From Mobula hypostoma (lineage: Eukaryota): a stretch of 64,000 bases of DNA. A program made the position numbers and the translations under genes. The notes under the pieces are model-generated. The model worked only from the letters and a program-made list of their open reading frames with translations. It did not search any database and had not been told where the DNA came from. This document shows, in pieces, positions 50,129 to 61,939 of the stretch (the stretch's first letter is position 1; the number at the start of each line of letters is the position of its first letter). The stretch is from NCBI RefSeq assembly GCF_963921235.1, contig NC_086097.1, forward strand, positions 88,600,001 to 88,664,000. Direction: 5' to 3'.

Positions 50129-50974
50129 CCCTGATCCACACGTCCCTCCCCACAGAACTCCCACCTGGCACTTACCCTGTAAGTGCAAGTGCTACACCTG
50201 TCCCTACACCTCCTCTCTTGCCACCATTCAGGGCCCCAAACAGTCCTTCCAGGGCAGGCAACACTTCCTTGTGAGTCTGTTGGGGTCATCTATTGCATCC
50301 AGTGCTCCCAATGTGGTCTCCTCTACATCCGTGAATCCCGACGCAGATTGGGGGACCGCTTCGTCGAGCATCTCCGCTCCGTCCGCCACAACAGACAGAA
50401 TCTCCCAGTAGCCACCCACTTCAACTCTGCTTCACATTCCCATTCAGATATGTCCATACATGGCCTCCTCTACTGCCATGATGAGGCTAAACTCAGGTTG
50501 GAGGAGCAACACCTCATATACCATCTAGGTAGTCTCCAGCCTCTGGGTATGAACTCTGAATTCTCCAACTTCCAGTAATTCCCTCCCCCTCCCTTCCCCT
50601 ATCCCAGTTTCACTCTGCCCCCTCCCCCAGCTGCCTACTACCTCCCTTATGGTTCAGCCTCCTTCTACTACCCATTGTGCTTTCCTCTATTCCTTCTTCA
50701 CCTTTCCTGCATATCCTCTCCCTGCTTCCCCTCCCCCACCCCTTGATCTTTCCGCTTACTGGTTTTTCACCTGGAACCTACCAGCCTTCTCCTTCCCACC
50801 CTCCCCCCACCTTCTTTATAGGGCCTCTGCCCCTTCCCTCTTCAGTCCTGATGAAGGGTTCCGGCCCGAAATGTTGACTGATCGTTTCCACGGATGCTGC
50901 CCAACCTGCTGAGTTCCTCCAGTGCGTTGTGAGTGTTGCTTTGACCCCAGCATCTGCAGATTATTTTGTGTTTA
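50129..50974 (+). mobile_element. PLE 3' portion (Cys linker, GIY-YIG endonuclease, terminal repeat)
   Basis: CKCKCYTCP; VIYCIQCSQCGLLYIRES..RFVEH; TSD ccatcaaact at 50119-50128 and 50975-50984; same family as 39760-41311. Confidence 0.95.
50843..50880 (+). ncRNA. Hammerhead ribozyme motif
   Basis: CAGTC CTGATGA A GGGT TCCG GCCC GAAATGTT GACTG; perfect 5-bp helix I; helix III CpG decayed. Confidence 0.75.
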
Positions 50975-52239
50975 CCATCAAACTGATTTGCTGATGACTT
51001 TAAGAACACCATCGAGTGGTTTCTTTTTCACTTAATGATTACATTGCCATCTCTCTTAACTGCACAACTCTGCTGTCAACTTTCATAACAAAATGTGTGC
51101 TTCACAGCCCTCATGTGAGCATCCCTTTCACCAGGAGCAATAGTGTTTCTGTGGAAGTTTAAGTGCTGTATTTCCAGGTCACAATTTATAGTTTGGCAGA
51201 TTATGTTGACAATTCTGGAAGTTATTCAATGATCTGGGAAATTTGCAAGCTGCATCCAATTTCTCAGTTCTTTGAGTAACTACTTGGAGTATTCCTGTAA
51301 TTATACCAATTAATTAAAACTGTCATCAAAAGGAAAAAGCACATTAGCCTAATACTCAGTATGTCTGGCCAAGCACTAGGCCCAAGGAGGAGTCTAGTGA
51401 GTTTGAATATCAAATGGATAACAGATGGCAAGAAATTATGCATGATCTAATGGGAAATTATACAGGAGCACATATTTATACAGCACCTTTAATACCAATG
51501 CTTCAGAGGAACATTATTATAGAAGAATGTTGAGTAATTGATAGATTTGTTCCATTTTGTCTCAAAACATCTGATTTATTGTGGAGAAAATCAGTAAGGA
51601 TTTCTGTAAAAGGGTGTCATCCTGTGATCTTCACTGCGAGGACAATATTAATTGGGTCTGATTCACTCGGATACTTGGACAGACCAGTAGGAAACCCAGC
51701 TGAAAATCATCAACCTGTAGGATTTTTAAAAAGTAGCGTAAAAATCCATGGAAAACATCAAATAAGTAGGGTTGAAAAAAGTAAAAGCTAAATTTATACC
51801 TGCTTAAGTACAAAGTGCTGTCGATAGAATGCATCTTGCTGGGAAGTGGGGAGGAAGGAGGTTAAGATGTCGGACACTGTTGGAGCTCGAGGGTAGCTTA
51901 GAACTAAGCTAACAATCAGACGCCAGCCAAGTCTAAAATCCTTTCTACCCTACTCATGCCAATTGTCTGCTTTTACTTATCTCTGCATTCACTGCTTCTG
52001 TGTGGAAGGCATCAGAAGTTGTAATGTGTTTTGGAACTTGACCAGGAAGTATTTGCTTTGTATACAAAGTGCCACAGACATTATCCAATTTCTTAGTCTC
52101 TGAGATGCTTCCTGGCATTTACCATATATTGCCAGCAAAGGGAAACTCACATTTGCCTAATTTTCACACTGAACATCGAGCCAAGATGTGGGTGCAAAGA
52201 GACGGTTAATCAATCTGTATGCCAAATGGGAAGAAAGTT

Positions 52240-52427
52240 ATTAGGCTAAGTCATTGGGTGTATTTAAGGCAGAGATTGATAGGTATCTCAGTAGCCAGGG
52301 CATCAAAGGTTATGGTGAGAAGGTGGGGGAGTAGGACTAAATGGGAGAATGGATCAGCTCATGATAAAATGGCGGAGCAGACTCGATGGGCCGAATGGCT
52401 GACTTCTGCTCCTTTGTCTTATGGTCT
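52240..52427 (+). mobile_element. CR1 3' fragment
   Basis: tatttaaggcagagattgatagg..gatgggccgaatggc..tcttatggtct. Confidence 0.8.
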
Positions 52428-52456
52428 AAAGTGGACAGAGTACTAACAATGAAACA

Positions 52457-52585
52457 TGACGAAGGGTCTCGGCCTGAAACGTCGACTGCGCCTCTTCCTA
52501 TAGATGCTGCCTGGCCTGCTGCGTTCACCAGCAACTTTGATGTATGTTGCTTGAATTTCCAGCATCTGCAGAATTCCTGTTGTTT
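52457..52585 (+). mobile_element. Short PLE terminal-repeat copy starting inside the hammerhead core
   Basis: tgacgaagggtctcggcctgaaacgtcgactg...gaattcctgttgttt. Confidence 0.88.
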
Positions 52586-52699
52586 ACTACAACAAAATGT
52601 AGCAGTGATGCAGAAAGTGCTTGAGGAGTTCAGGTATGCTAGTGGAGAGAAAATAATGAACGTTTCACATCATTGATATTTGGCACTGATTCTGTTTCT

Positions 52700-53400
52700 G
52701 TCTTGGTAAATGCATACTTGACCTCTTTGTGAGGAGAGAATAAAGTGAATGCCCGGTGGAGATCATGGGTAAGTGGGTTGGAGATTGATTGGAGAGGGTG
52801 TTGTAGTCGTATAAAGGGCAACTAATCTGTCTGAAGGTGTAAATAGAGAAAGATTGAGAAGGGCAGAACCATGATGAAACTGTGAGGTACAACTGCGTCA
52901 CCACAGACCTGATAGAAAAGAAAATGCTTTAAATATCCACCAGGTGGAGAGGAAAGAAAATGAAACAGGAATGATTAAATGTCAACTATCGTAGAGAGGT
53001 ATTCAGAGTTATGTATAAAGAAAGACATTTCAGAAGGACAGAATGGGAAGCTTAATCATCAGAACAGATGCAGCGGAGCCAAATGATTAGGGAAAATGGA
53101 ATGGAGTCCATACAGGAAGTAGGATAGGAAGGGGTGTAGTCAAGACTGCTGTAGGAATCTGTGGGCTTTAATTGTCTTTAATTGCCAACTTAACTCTTGA
53201 GTCAAATGTGGAGAAGTCAAGAAAAGGAAGAGAAGAGTTGGAGATAGATCACAGGAAAGGTGACAAAACTTTCCAAATAATACCAATATATTTATCAGTG
53301 TCCTTGAAAAGAGGTAACAGAGAGGCATTAAGCTGGACTGAAACAATTGTTTCACATGTCTCAGACAGACTGGTAAAACTTGGCACATGCCAGTTCCCAT
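52700..53400 (-). mobile_element. Ancient PLE RT remnant
   Basis: Minus strand ~53092-53170 translates KPTDSYSSLDYTPSYPTSCMDSIPFS (cf. KPTDSHNYLDYTSSHAATCKNAIPCS); boundaries approximate. Confidence 0.7.
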
Positions 53401-53923
53401 TATTATAACTTTGGTCTAGAGAAAATATTTGAAATTAAGCAGAATTGTTCAATGTAAGAATGAGTCATCTACAGCAAGTGGAGGAGGACAGGGGTGGAAG
53501 TGGCTGGCTAGATCTTACAGGAAGAAGTGGTAATTCTTTTAATAAGAATTACCTATTAATCATATTCATTATAATTATATAGACAATAAATATTTGCAAA
53601 AGACAAGTTAAAATTATAGCACTAATTCAGTTACTGAATTCAAAGAATTATTTTATCCATTTACTTCACACTGTGGCGGCTCGCCCGTGGCAAGCGAACC
53701 AGCTCCAGCAGTCGCGGCCGAGTCCGCAGCCAGCGGCAACTGAGGGGGCTGTGAATGTGGAGCAGACCTCAGCACGGAAGCCGACTTGACTTCCGCCCCG
53801 AAAAGAGCGGGGGATGCTGGGAGCAGGCACTTAGCGTGCGCAGATTGAAACAGTAAACAGTTCACCAGACCCTGCTCGACTCAGTGTGTTGCTTTCACTC
53901 GTTGCATATCAGCACAACCACAT

Positions 53924-53937
53924 TGGTGACCCCGACG
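53924..53937 (+). promoter_or_regulatory. Primer-binding site complementary to tRNA-Trp
   Basis: tggtgaccccgacg is the reverse complement of the vertebrate tRNA-Trp 3' end CGUCGGGGUCACCA; sits 1 nt after the LTR. Confidence 0.9.
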
Positions 53938-53950
53938 GTCCAACCGCATT

Positions 53951-54206
53951 TAGAAACATAGAAACATAGAAAATAGGTGCAGGAGTAGGCCATTCGGCCC
54001 TTTGAGCCTGCACCGCCATTCAGTATGATCATGGCTGATCATCCAACTCAGAACCCCATACCTGCCTTCTCTCCATATCCCCTGATCCCTTTAGCCACAA
54101 GGGCCATATCTAACTCCCTCTTAAATATAGCCAATGAACTGGCTTTAACTGTTTCCTGCGGCAGAGAATTCCACAGATTCACCACTCTCTGTGTGAAGAA
54201 GTTTTT
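53951..54206 (-). mobile_element. CR1 3' fragment inserted in the Gypsy leader
   Basis: Close match to 37258-37508 (NFFTQRVVNLWNSL..; tail (tagaaaca)n on plus strand). Confidence 0.93.
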
Positions 54207-54212
54207 CACAGC

Positions 54213-57200
54213 ATGAACGACTCGGCTGTGCAGAATGCAGTTTCCCTTAAACTGCCAACCTTCTGGACCACTCAAACCCTAGTCTGGTTCAAGCAAGCAG
54301 AGGCCCAGTTCCAAGTCAGGCAAATTGTCTCAGATGCCACCAGATATTACTACATGGTGGGTACCCTCGACCAGGAGACAGCAGGCCGCGTTATTGACTT
54401 TCTGCATCAGGCCCCAGCAACAGACAGCTACAAGGCACTCAAGGCCCTGTTAATCCGCACATTTGGCCTCTCCCATCGCGATCAAGCCACGCGGTTACTG
54501 CATATGGACAGCCTGGGCGACCGCGCGCTATCAGCCCTGATGAGCGACATGCTAGCACTGGCAGACGGCCATAAGCCTTGCCTGCTTTTTGAACAGATCT
54601 TCCTGGAGCAAATGCCAGAAGACATCCACCTTCTACTAGCAGATGGAGACTCAGAGGCCCGCACAGGGTGGCAGCCCGCACGGACGTGCTTTGGCGCGCC
54701 AAACAAAATGGCGGAACCACCAACAAAATTAGTGCTGCGGCACGGCCGAAAGTCCAGCCCTCCCACACCCCAGCAGCGGAGCACCGAACACCCACACCAA
54801 GGGACAGCACCACTTCTGAGTCTTGGTGTTTTTATCATCAAAGGTGGGGTTCCAGGGCCCGCCGCTGCCAACCGCCATGCTCATTCCAGCGAAACGCCAG
54901 GACCAGCCGTCGCTGATGGCTACGGCGGCTGGTCACCGTGATAGCCTCCTCTACGTTTGGGACAAGCACTCCGAGCATAGATTCCTGGTGGTCATGGGGC
55001 GGAAATCAGTGTCCTACCCCCCTCAAGCCACGATACCCGAACTAGAAGAACAGGACCGGAACTTACGGCAGCCAACAGCAGCACCATCCGCACCTATGGC
55101 ACAAGAACCATCCCCTTGCAGTTCAGTTCTAGCCGCTTTACATGGACATTTATGCTGGCCGCAGTATCACAGCCATTGCTAGGTGCGGACTTCCTCCGTG
55201 CGCACTGCCTGCCCGTGGATTTGAAGGGACAACGATTGGTCGATGCGAAGACGTTCCAGACTTCCTCCCTTGATGAAGTCAGGTTACCGGCCCCGCACCT
55301 GGACTCCGTCACTTATTCCGACAACGAGTTCGCCAGAGTGTTATCAGAGTTCCCATCTATCATCATGCCGCAGTTTTCCTCAACAAACCCCAAGCACGGC
55401 ATGATGCACCACATCCCCACACAGGGACCTCCTCTTCATGCCCAGGCCCGCAGGCTGCCGCCCGACAAGCTCCGGCTCGCAAAAGAGGAATTCAAGAAGA
55501 TGGAGGAGATGGGGATTGTGCAGCGTTCCGACAGCCCGTGGGCCTCCCCACTCCATATGGTGCCCTAGTCTGCGGGAGGGTGGAGACCATGCGGCAACTA
55601 TAGGAGGCTGAAAGGCACCACCACGTCCAATCGCTATCCGGTACCACACATCCAGGACTTTATGGCCAACCTGCACGGGGCGCGCATCTTTTCGAAGATT
55701 GACCTGGTCCGAGGGAATCATCAGATCCCAGTCCACCCAGACGATGTACCCAAGACGGCCCTCATTACCCCCGTTGGCCTGTTCGAGTTCCTCAGGATGC
55801 CATTCGGGCTCAAAAACACGGCGCAGACGTTCCAGTGCCTGATGGACGGAGTAGGGCGAGATCTGGACTTTCTGTTCATCTACCTGGATGACATACTTAT
55901 CACCAGTCGCTCCCACCAGGAACATCTAGCACATTTCCGCCTGCTCTGCCACTGCCTAAGCGACTACGGCCTGGCTATCAACCCTGCCAAGTGCCAGTTT
56001 GGCCTACCCACCATTGACTTCTTGGGACACCAGATCGACCGCCATGGAGCTGTGCCCCAGCCGTAAAAGTTGAAGCCATCCACCAATTCGCCAGGCCCAG
56101 CACTGTTAAAGGCCTGCAGGAATTTGTTGGGATGGTTAACTTTTATCACTGTATCCTATCCTCAGCGGCCCCTTCTCGGCTTGATGTCCGGCAAGGTCAA
56201 AGAGGTCACCTGGACAGAGGAGGCGACGGTGGCTTTTGAACAAGCCAAGAACATACTAGCAAGCACCATGCTCCTAGTCCACCCCCAGGTCGACGTCCCC
56301 ACTGCCCTCACTGTGGAAGCCTCCAAAGTGGCAGTTGGCGGCGTGCTCGAGCAGCTCATCGAAGGCCAGTGGAAGCCGCTCGCTTTTTTCAGCTGACACC
56401 TACAACCTCCGGAACTTAAGTACAGCGCTTTTGACAGGGAGCTGCTGGCCCTGTACCTTGCCATCCGGCACTTCAGGTATTTCCTGGAAGGGAGGGAGTT
56501 CACGGTCTTCACAGACCACAAGCCCCTCACTTTCACGTTTGCCAAAGTGTCGGACTCGTGCTCAGGCCGCTAGCAATGCCACCTGTTGTACATCTCTAAG
56601 TCTACCACCATGATCAAGCACATCTCCGGGAAGAACAACATGGTAGCCGACGCACTGTCATGCGCCTCCGTCCAATCAGTGCACTCTCTGTCTGGAGAGT
56701 GGATTACGCGGCGTTAGCTAAGGCGCAACGACTGGATAGCGAGATGCCGGTGTACCGAACCGCAGTCTCAGGACTCCACCTCGAAGACATACCCATGGGC
56801 CCGAAGGTAATGAGCTCCCTTGAGATGTGCCCACCAGGCAACCTTGGCCCATTGTCCCAACCGCTTGGAGGTGCTGCGTTTTCAATACCTTGCACGGTTT
56901 AGCACACCCTTCCATCTGGCTGATCGCAGACAGGTTTGTGTGGCACGGCCTATGCAAACAGGTTGGGCACTGGGCCAGGACGTACACACACTGTCAAACC
57001 TCCAAAGTCCAGAGGCACGTGAGGGCCCCACTGCAACCCTTCCAGCCTACACATAGGGGGTTTGAACATGTCCACATGGACATCATCGGCCCACTGCCGA
57101 TTTCGAGAGGAGCGAGATACCTGTTCACCATGGTGGACAGGTTCACGAGGTGCCCAGAAGCCATCCCACTCGCTGACACAGCCACGGAGACATGCGCCAG

Positions 57201-57879
57201 AGCCCTGATTACCACCTGGGTGACACGGTTCGGACTCCCAGCCCATGTCACTTCAGACAGGGGTGTGCACTTCACATCGGCTTTGTGGTCTGCACTGGCA
57301 CAACTCCTCGGAATCCAGCTCCACCGAACGACTGCTTACCACCCGCAGTCCAACGGCCTGGTGGAACGTTTCCACAGGCACTTGAAGTCAGCCCTGATGG
57401 CACACCTTCGAGGGCCAGACTGAGTTGACAATCTCCCCTGGGTGCTGCTTGGCATCCGCACAGCACCCAAGGAGGACCTGGCTGCATCATCAGCCAAACC
57501 TGTTTACGGTGCCCTGCCCACAGTTCCTGGTGAGTTTGTGCCAGCACCCCGTGGCTAGGAGGACACACCTACGGCAGTCCTAGCTAAACTCCGGGAGTGG
57601 CTTGGAACACTTGCCCCAGTCCCGATGTCCCATCACGGAACAACACCCTCTTTCATGCCCAAGGACCTACAACAGAGCAAGTATGTTTTCGTTTGCCGAG
57701 GTGTGCACAGACCACCCCTGCAGCGACCATACAAAGGACCCTACGAGGTGCTGCGCCATAATGGGATGACCTGCATTCTCGACATCGGCGGTCATGAAGA
57801 GACTTTTACCATTGACCGTCTCAAACCGGCGCATCTAGACCTTGAACGCCCGGTTGCGGTGCCACCCCCACGACGATGA
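54213..57879 (+). pseudogene. Gypsy gag-pol, disrupted by frameshifts and stops
   Basis: ORF pieces at 54213, 55116, 55662, 56070, 56827, 57625 in the order gag-PR-RT-RH-IN. Confidence 0.93.
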
Positions 57880-59288
57880 AGCCGGCCACCTAAAAGAACT
57901 GACAGTGTGCAGGCTGTGGACTCTGCACCTCCTAGCGCCGGTTCTGGGGTGGGGGGGGGCGTTCATGTGGTGGCTCACCCATGCAGCAAGCGAACCGGCT
58001 CCGGAAGTCACGGGCGAGTCCGCAGCCAGCAGCAACCGAGGGGGCTCTGAGTGCGGGGCAGACCTCGGCCTGGAAGCCGACGTGACTTCTGCCCCGCAAT
58101 GAGCGGGGGTTGCTGGGAACGAGCACCTAAGCGTGCGCAGATTGAAACAGTAAACAGTTCAACCGGACCCTGCTCAACTCAGTGTGTTACTTTCACTCGT
58201 TACATATCAGTGCGACCACAACACCCTTTATACAGATGATTCTTTCACAAAACTGAATTTACCTGGCAATGGCTAGTGATACAACTATCAGTAAGCTTAC
58301 AGAATCAGTTTTACTCTGTCCTGGGCTAGGGGTGTAGAGAGGCTGAAGACCATAGTGGAATTAAACTAATTGGGATCATGAGTACAAAAGGTATCAGAGA
58401 TATCGCCTATGTAAGTGGGACTTTGTTTCAGGTTTCAAACATCTGCGGGTTTTACTTTTCAAACTCTTACCAGCTCTAATGTATTTCGATTTTTCCTCTC
58501 CTCATTGATGGCGCCTGTACTTAGGGCATTTCCAGCAATCCCCTTTATTTCAGGTTTGCATTGACTGCTGTATTCTATTTCTCACAATTCCAACTAGTGC
58601 CTATTTACCTCCTCGTCTGTCCTTCCTCTTTTCAGACCTCCTCCGGTCAGTTGAACTTTAGCATCCACCCCGGCCAAAACCAAGTGGCATCCATCTTCGC
58701 TTGGTTATCATCCTAACAAAACACTCCTTTAGTTCACCCTACCTCTCCCTTTTTCAGTAAGGTTAAACATACCTCCTCTTCAGGTTCTCAGTTCTAAAAG
58801 AATGTTGTCCACCTGAAATATTAACTATTCCTCTACACATACATGCTGCTTGGCCTGCCAAGTATTTCCAGCACTTTCCCCTTTCAATTCGTAATGCTCT
58901 GTGAGAAAAGGAAGATCCAAATAATTATTGCAATGTATCATATTGTGACGTTCCTGGGGGTGGGGGGGAACGTGGTTGACAGCGTGCCCTGCATTTCTAA
59001 TGACTGATGCTGTTTATTGTCCTTGTGTTAAAATGCTTTCGTGGGATTATGATGGGAATTTCAGGTTCATTTATTGTTACATTTTAGCTTGGGTTGTACA
59101 GTTATTCACATGTGTGTTTGTGGGTCACCCAGACTGTAACCGAGGTGTGTGATCACCACCTCCCCAGTCTGTATGTGACTGAGTGGGTTCAATCCCCAGG
59201 TCACAGCGTCCGGTCTGTTTTTTGTGTTTATCACAATAAAAAAGTGGTTGAGTTTAACGAGTCATCACGGACAGAATGCTCTCCACAG

Positions 59289-59307
59289 TGGTGTCAGGAG
59301 TGGGATT
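59289..59307 (+). promoter_or_regulatory. Primer-binding site complementary to tRNA-Leu(CAG)
   Basis: tggtgtcaggagtgggatt is the reverse complement of AAUCCCACUCCUGACACCA. Confidence 0.9.
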
Positions 59308-59918
59308 AGAGATTGACGACGAGATTGAAGAGCTACGACATCGGATAGAGCGCCTTAAGATTCGGGGAGTAAGTCGAAGGACCAAGCAGTATGCTTTCCC
59401 CCACACTCCCGGGCCAGGCTCATGAAGGCAAGACCCGGAGGGAGAACCTGGGAACCGAGCAACGTGCCTTCCCAGGCAGCTCCGACAGAGCAAGCATACC
59501 CAGGCTCCCTGACCCAGGGGACACAGTGGTGCGCATCACCCGCCTCCCTCGCGATTCGCACTCGGTGACCCAAGATGCCAAAGCAAGAGGAGGACCACTG
59601 GACCTCAGCAATTCACGCCTCAAGGTCCACCCTGAAGCTCTCCAGATACCATGGTACCAGTCACCTGGAGCCTTAGCTAGTGCAAGTCAAACTTGCCGCA
59701 TGGCACAACGGGTGGAGCCCCAATGAGACGGCGGTGCACTTTGCCTTGGCACTGGAGGGGTTGCCCTGTGGGCCCTCCTCGACCTAATGCCAGCCGAACA
59801 GCATGACTACAGGCCCTCATAGCGGCGCTGGAGTGGCATTTCGAGCAGAGGCCTTTGGAGGAAGTAACGAGGGAAGAACTGGATAGTATGGGAGAAAGCT
59901 TGGGGATGTTCGCAGCAG

Positions 59919-59960
59919 ATGGCCACCACTGTGCTCGGCATGGCCACCACTGTGCTCGGC
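59919..59960 (+). repeat. 21-bp in-frame tandem duplication in gag
   Basis: atggccaccactgtgctcggc x2. Confidence 0.9.
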
Positions 59961-61939
59961 ATGGCTACCCTCAGTTCCCTCCCGAGACCCAGGAAGAGCT
60001 TGCCCTCCACGCCTTTGTAAAGGCGCTGATGCCGGAGTGTGTTTGGCAGCATGTTCACCTGATATCACCATCATCGCTGGCCAAGGTAGAGACAGCAGAA
60101 GCAACTTTATCCCCCAACCCCCAAGGCATTCTAGCATTGCCCCGCATGCCACAAACCCGTGTTTGTGTCACTGAGGCAGAGGAGGGAACTGACAAGGTGG
60201 AGCTCATGAGACAGGCCCGACCAGCACCGCACTGATCCCGCCACAGGCCACAGAACGATCCCTGCTACAGACCATGTGCTGGACTTGCCCCGCACCAGTG
60301 CCATATCACAGCACAGCCATCGGGCAACGCCAAGTGGGCAGCGCCGCCTGAGACCTCCAGCAGAAATCCTCCCTTGTCGCTTCCCTGGGTTGTCTGTTTG
60401 GGTGAAAGACAAGGCTTATACGTGGACTGCATGGTGGAGGGCATCAGATGCCGTGAGTTGGTTGGCATGAGATCAACCATCACTATCATCCATCTGAGTA
60501 TCCTCCCCAATACAGACCAGCCATCTTCGCCTAGGTGGGCAACGAAGCCAGTCTAGCTGCTATGGTCTCCGGCGACTGTGGTGCTGAGAAGAAAGAGGTG
60601 GATTGCATCACAGTGGGGAGAAACACAGTGGAGTACGAGGTGTGGCTAGCTGACATCCGAGAGTGCTGCATCATTGGCCTGGACCTGCTGTTCTGCAGGG
60701 GAGGCCATGTAGATGTGCCAGGGGTAACACTCTACCTCCGCGCTGAAGCTGTGGCTCTCTGGCAAGGCAGCTTCAGGAAGCAGACCAGGCAGGTGCAGCA
60801 ACAACCACCAGCAGCTTCACAGTGGCCCGCAGCAGTGCAGCACACCCGTAGCAATCCAATGCAAGGCAGCGGACCCAGGGCAAGTGATGGTGGCAGCTGG
60901 TGGCAAGGTAGACCTCCCCACCATTGACCACCAGTGGCTGCGCTGAGAGCAGGTGAGTGATCCCATGCGGGCCTGGCTGAGCGTGGGTGGCAGCCAGAGT
61001 GGGCAAAGTTCTCTGCCCTAGATCGGGAGACCAAAACCCTATACTCTTAGTGGAGACCAGGTTGCTATTCTGCCAGAGGCAGTTGTCCGATGGCGATGGA
61101 CATCTCCTGCAGCTGATGGTTCGCCAGGTGCTCCGCGTACGGTGCTGTGGTCGGTGCATGGGCTGGTGGGGCCAGCCATTTTGGGGTTGCAAAGATGCTG
61201 GGCAAGCTGTGTGAACGCTTCCACTGGCATGGCTACAGGAAGGATGCGGGGCTGCTTGTGCACTGCTGTGACACTTGCACGTCCCAGAAGGGTCTAGGTC
61301 ACCAGTGCAGCAGTACATGATGGGGGCCCCAGTATGGGTCCAGTGCCCCTTCCGGAAGAAGGGAATATCCCCCAAGCTGGGAAGCTGCTGGAAGGGGTCA
61401 GGAGAAATGTTTGACCGCATCTCCAATGTTGTACGTTTCTTGCCTCACCAACAGAGCCTGGGAGGTTGGGGGGGGGGCTGGTTTGCAGAAAACCCCCAGC
61501 GTCTCAGGCAGCAGCGTCAACCACCACTAGGACTTTTGGACTTCGTTATGGACTCTGGGGTTGCTGAGGACGGCTGACCCCTCAGGTGGGGGCAGTGTGG
61601 TTGACAGCCAGCTCCCCGCAATTCTAATGACCAGTCCTGTTTATCATTCTCGTGCTAAAATGCTTTTGTGGGATTATGGTGGGAAGTTCAAATTCATCTA
61701 TTGTTGCATTTTAGCTTGGGTTATACAGTTATTCGCATGTGTTTTTGTGGGTCACGCTGACTGTAACCGAGGTGTGTGATCATCACCTCCCTAGTCTGTA
61801 TGTGACTGAGTGGGTCCACTCAACCTGGGCCATAGCACCCAGTCTGTTTTTGTGTTTATCACAATAAAAACAGTTATTGAGTTTAACGGGCATACTCATG
61901 TGCCATCATGGACCGAATACTCACCACAGTATTATCTAG

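Larger units (their letters stand above)
53672..58220 (+). mobile_element. Structurally complete but decayed Ty3/Gypsy LTR retrotransposon
   Basis: LTRs 53672-53922 and 57966-58220 (TG..CA); TSD acac; gag (VSLKLPTFW); PR; RT (SPWASPLHMVP, YLDD); RNase H (YSAFDRELLA); integrase (VHMDIIGPL, SDRG, HPQSNGLVERFH); GPY module; PPT ~57946-57960. Confidence 0.97.
58971..61928 (+). mobile_element. Gypsy-derived LTR element lacking RT, RNase H and the integrase core
   Basis: LTRs ~58971-59287 and 61596-61928; gag LKLSRYHG..AWHNGWS..HFALALEG; protease remnant GLYVDCMVEG..CIIGLDLL; integrase HHCC GHFGVAKMLGKLCERFHW..HCCDTC; GISPKLGSCWKG; PPT ggtgggggcag. Confidence 0.9.

Noticed and set aside
39760..50974. 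The two inverted PLE copies as termini of one 11-kb composite element
   Set aside because: The 50129-50974 copy has its own TSD, so it is an independent insertion
51580..51760. Possible minus-strand exon after aatcctacag
   Set aside because: Frames close quickly and no protein is recognisable
53672..61928. Endogenous retrovirus with env
   Set aside because: Pol motifs are Ty3/Gypsy-type and there is no env-like ORF or room for one
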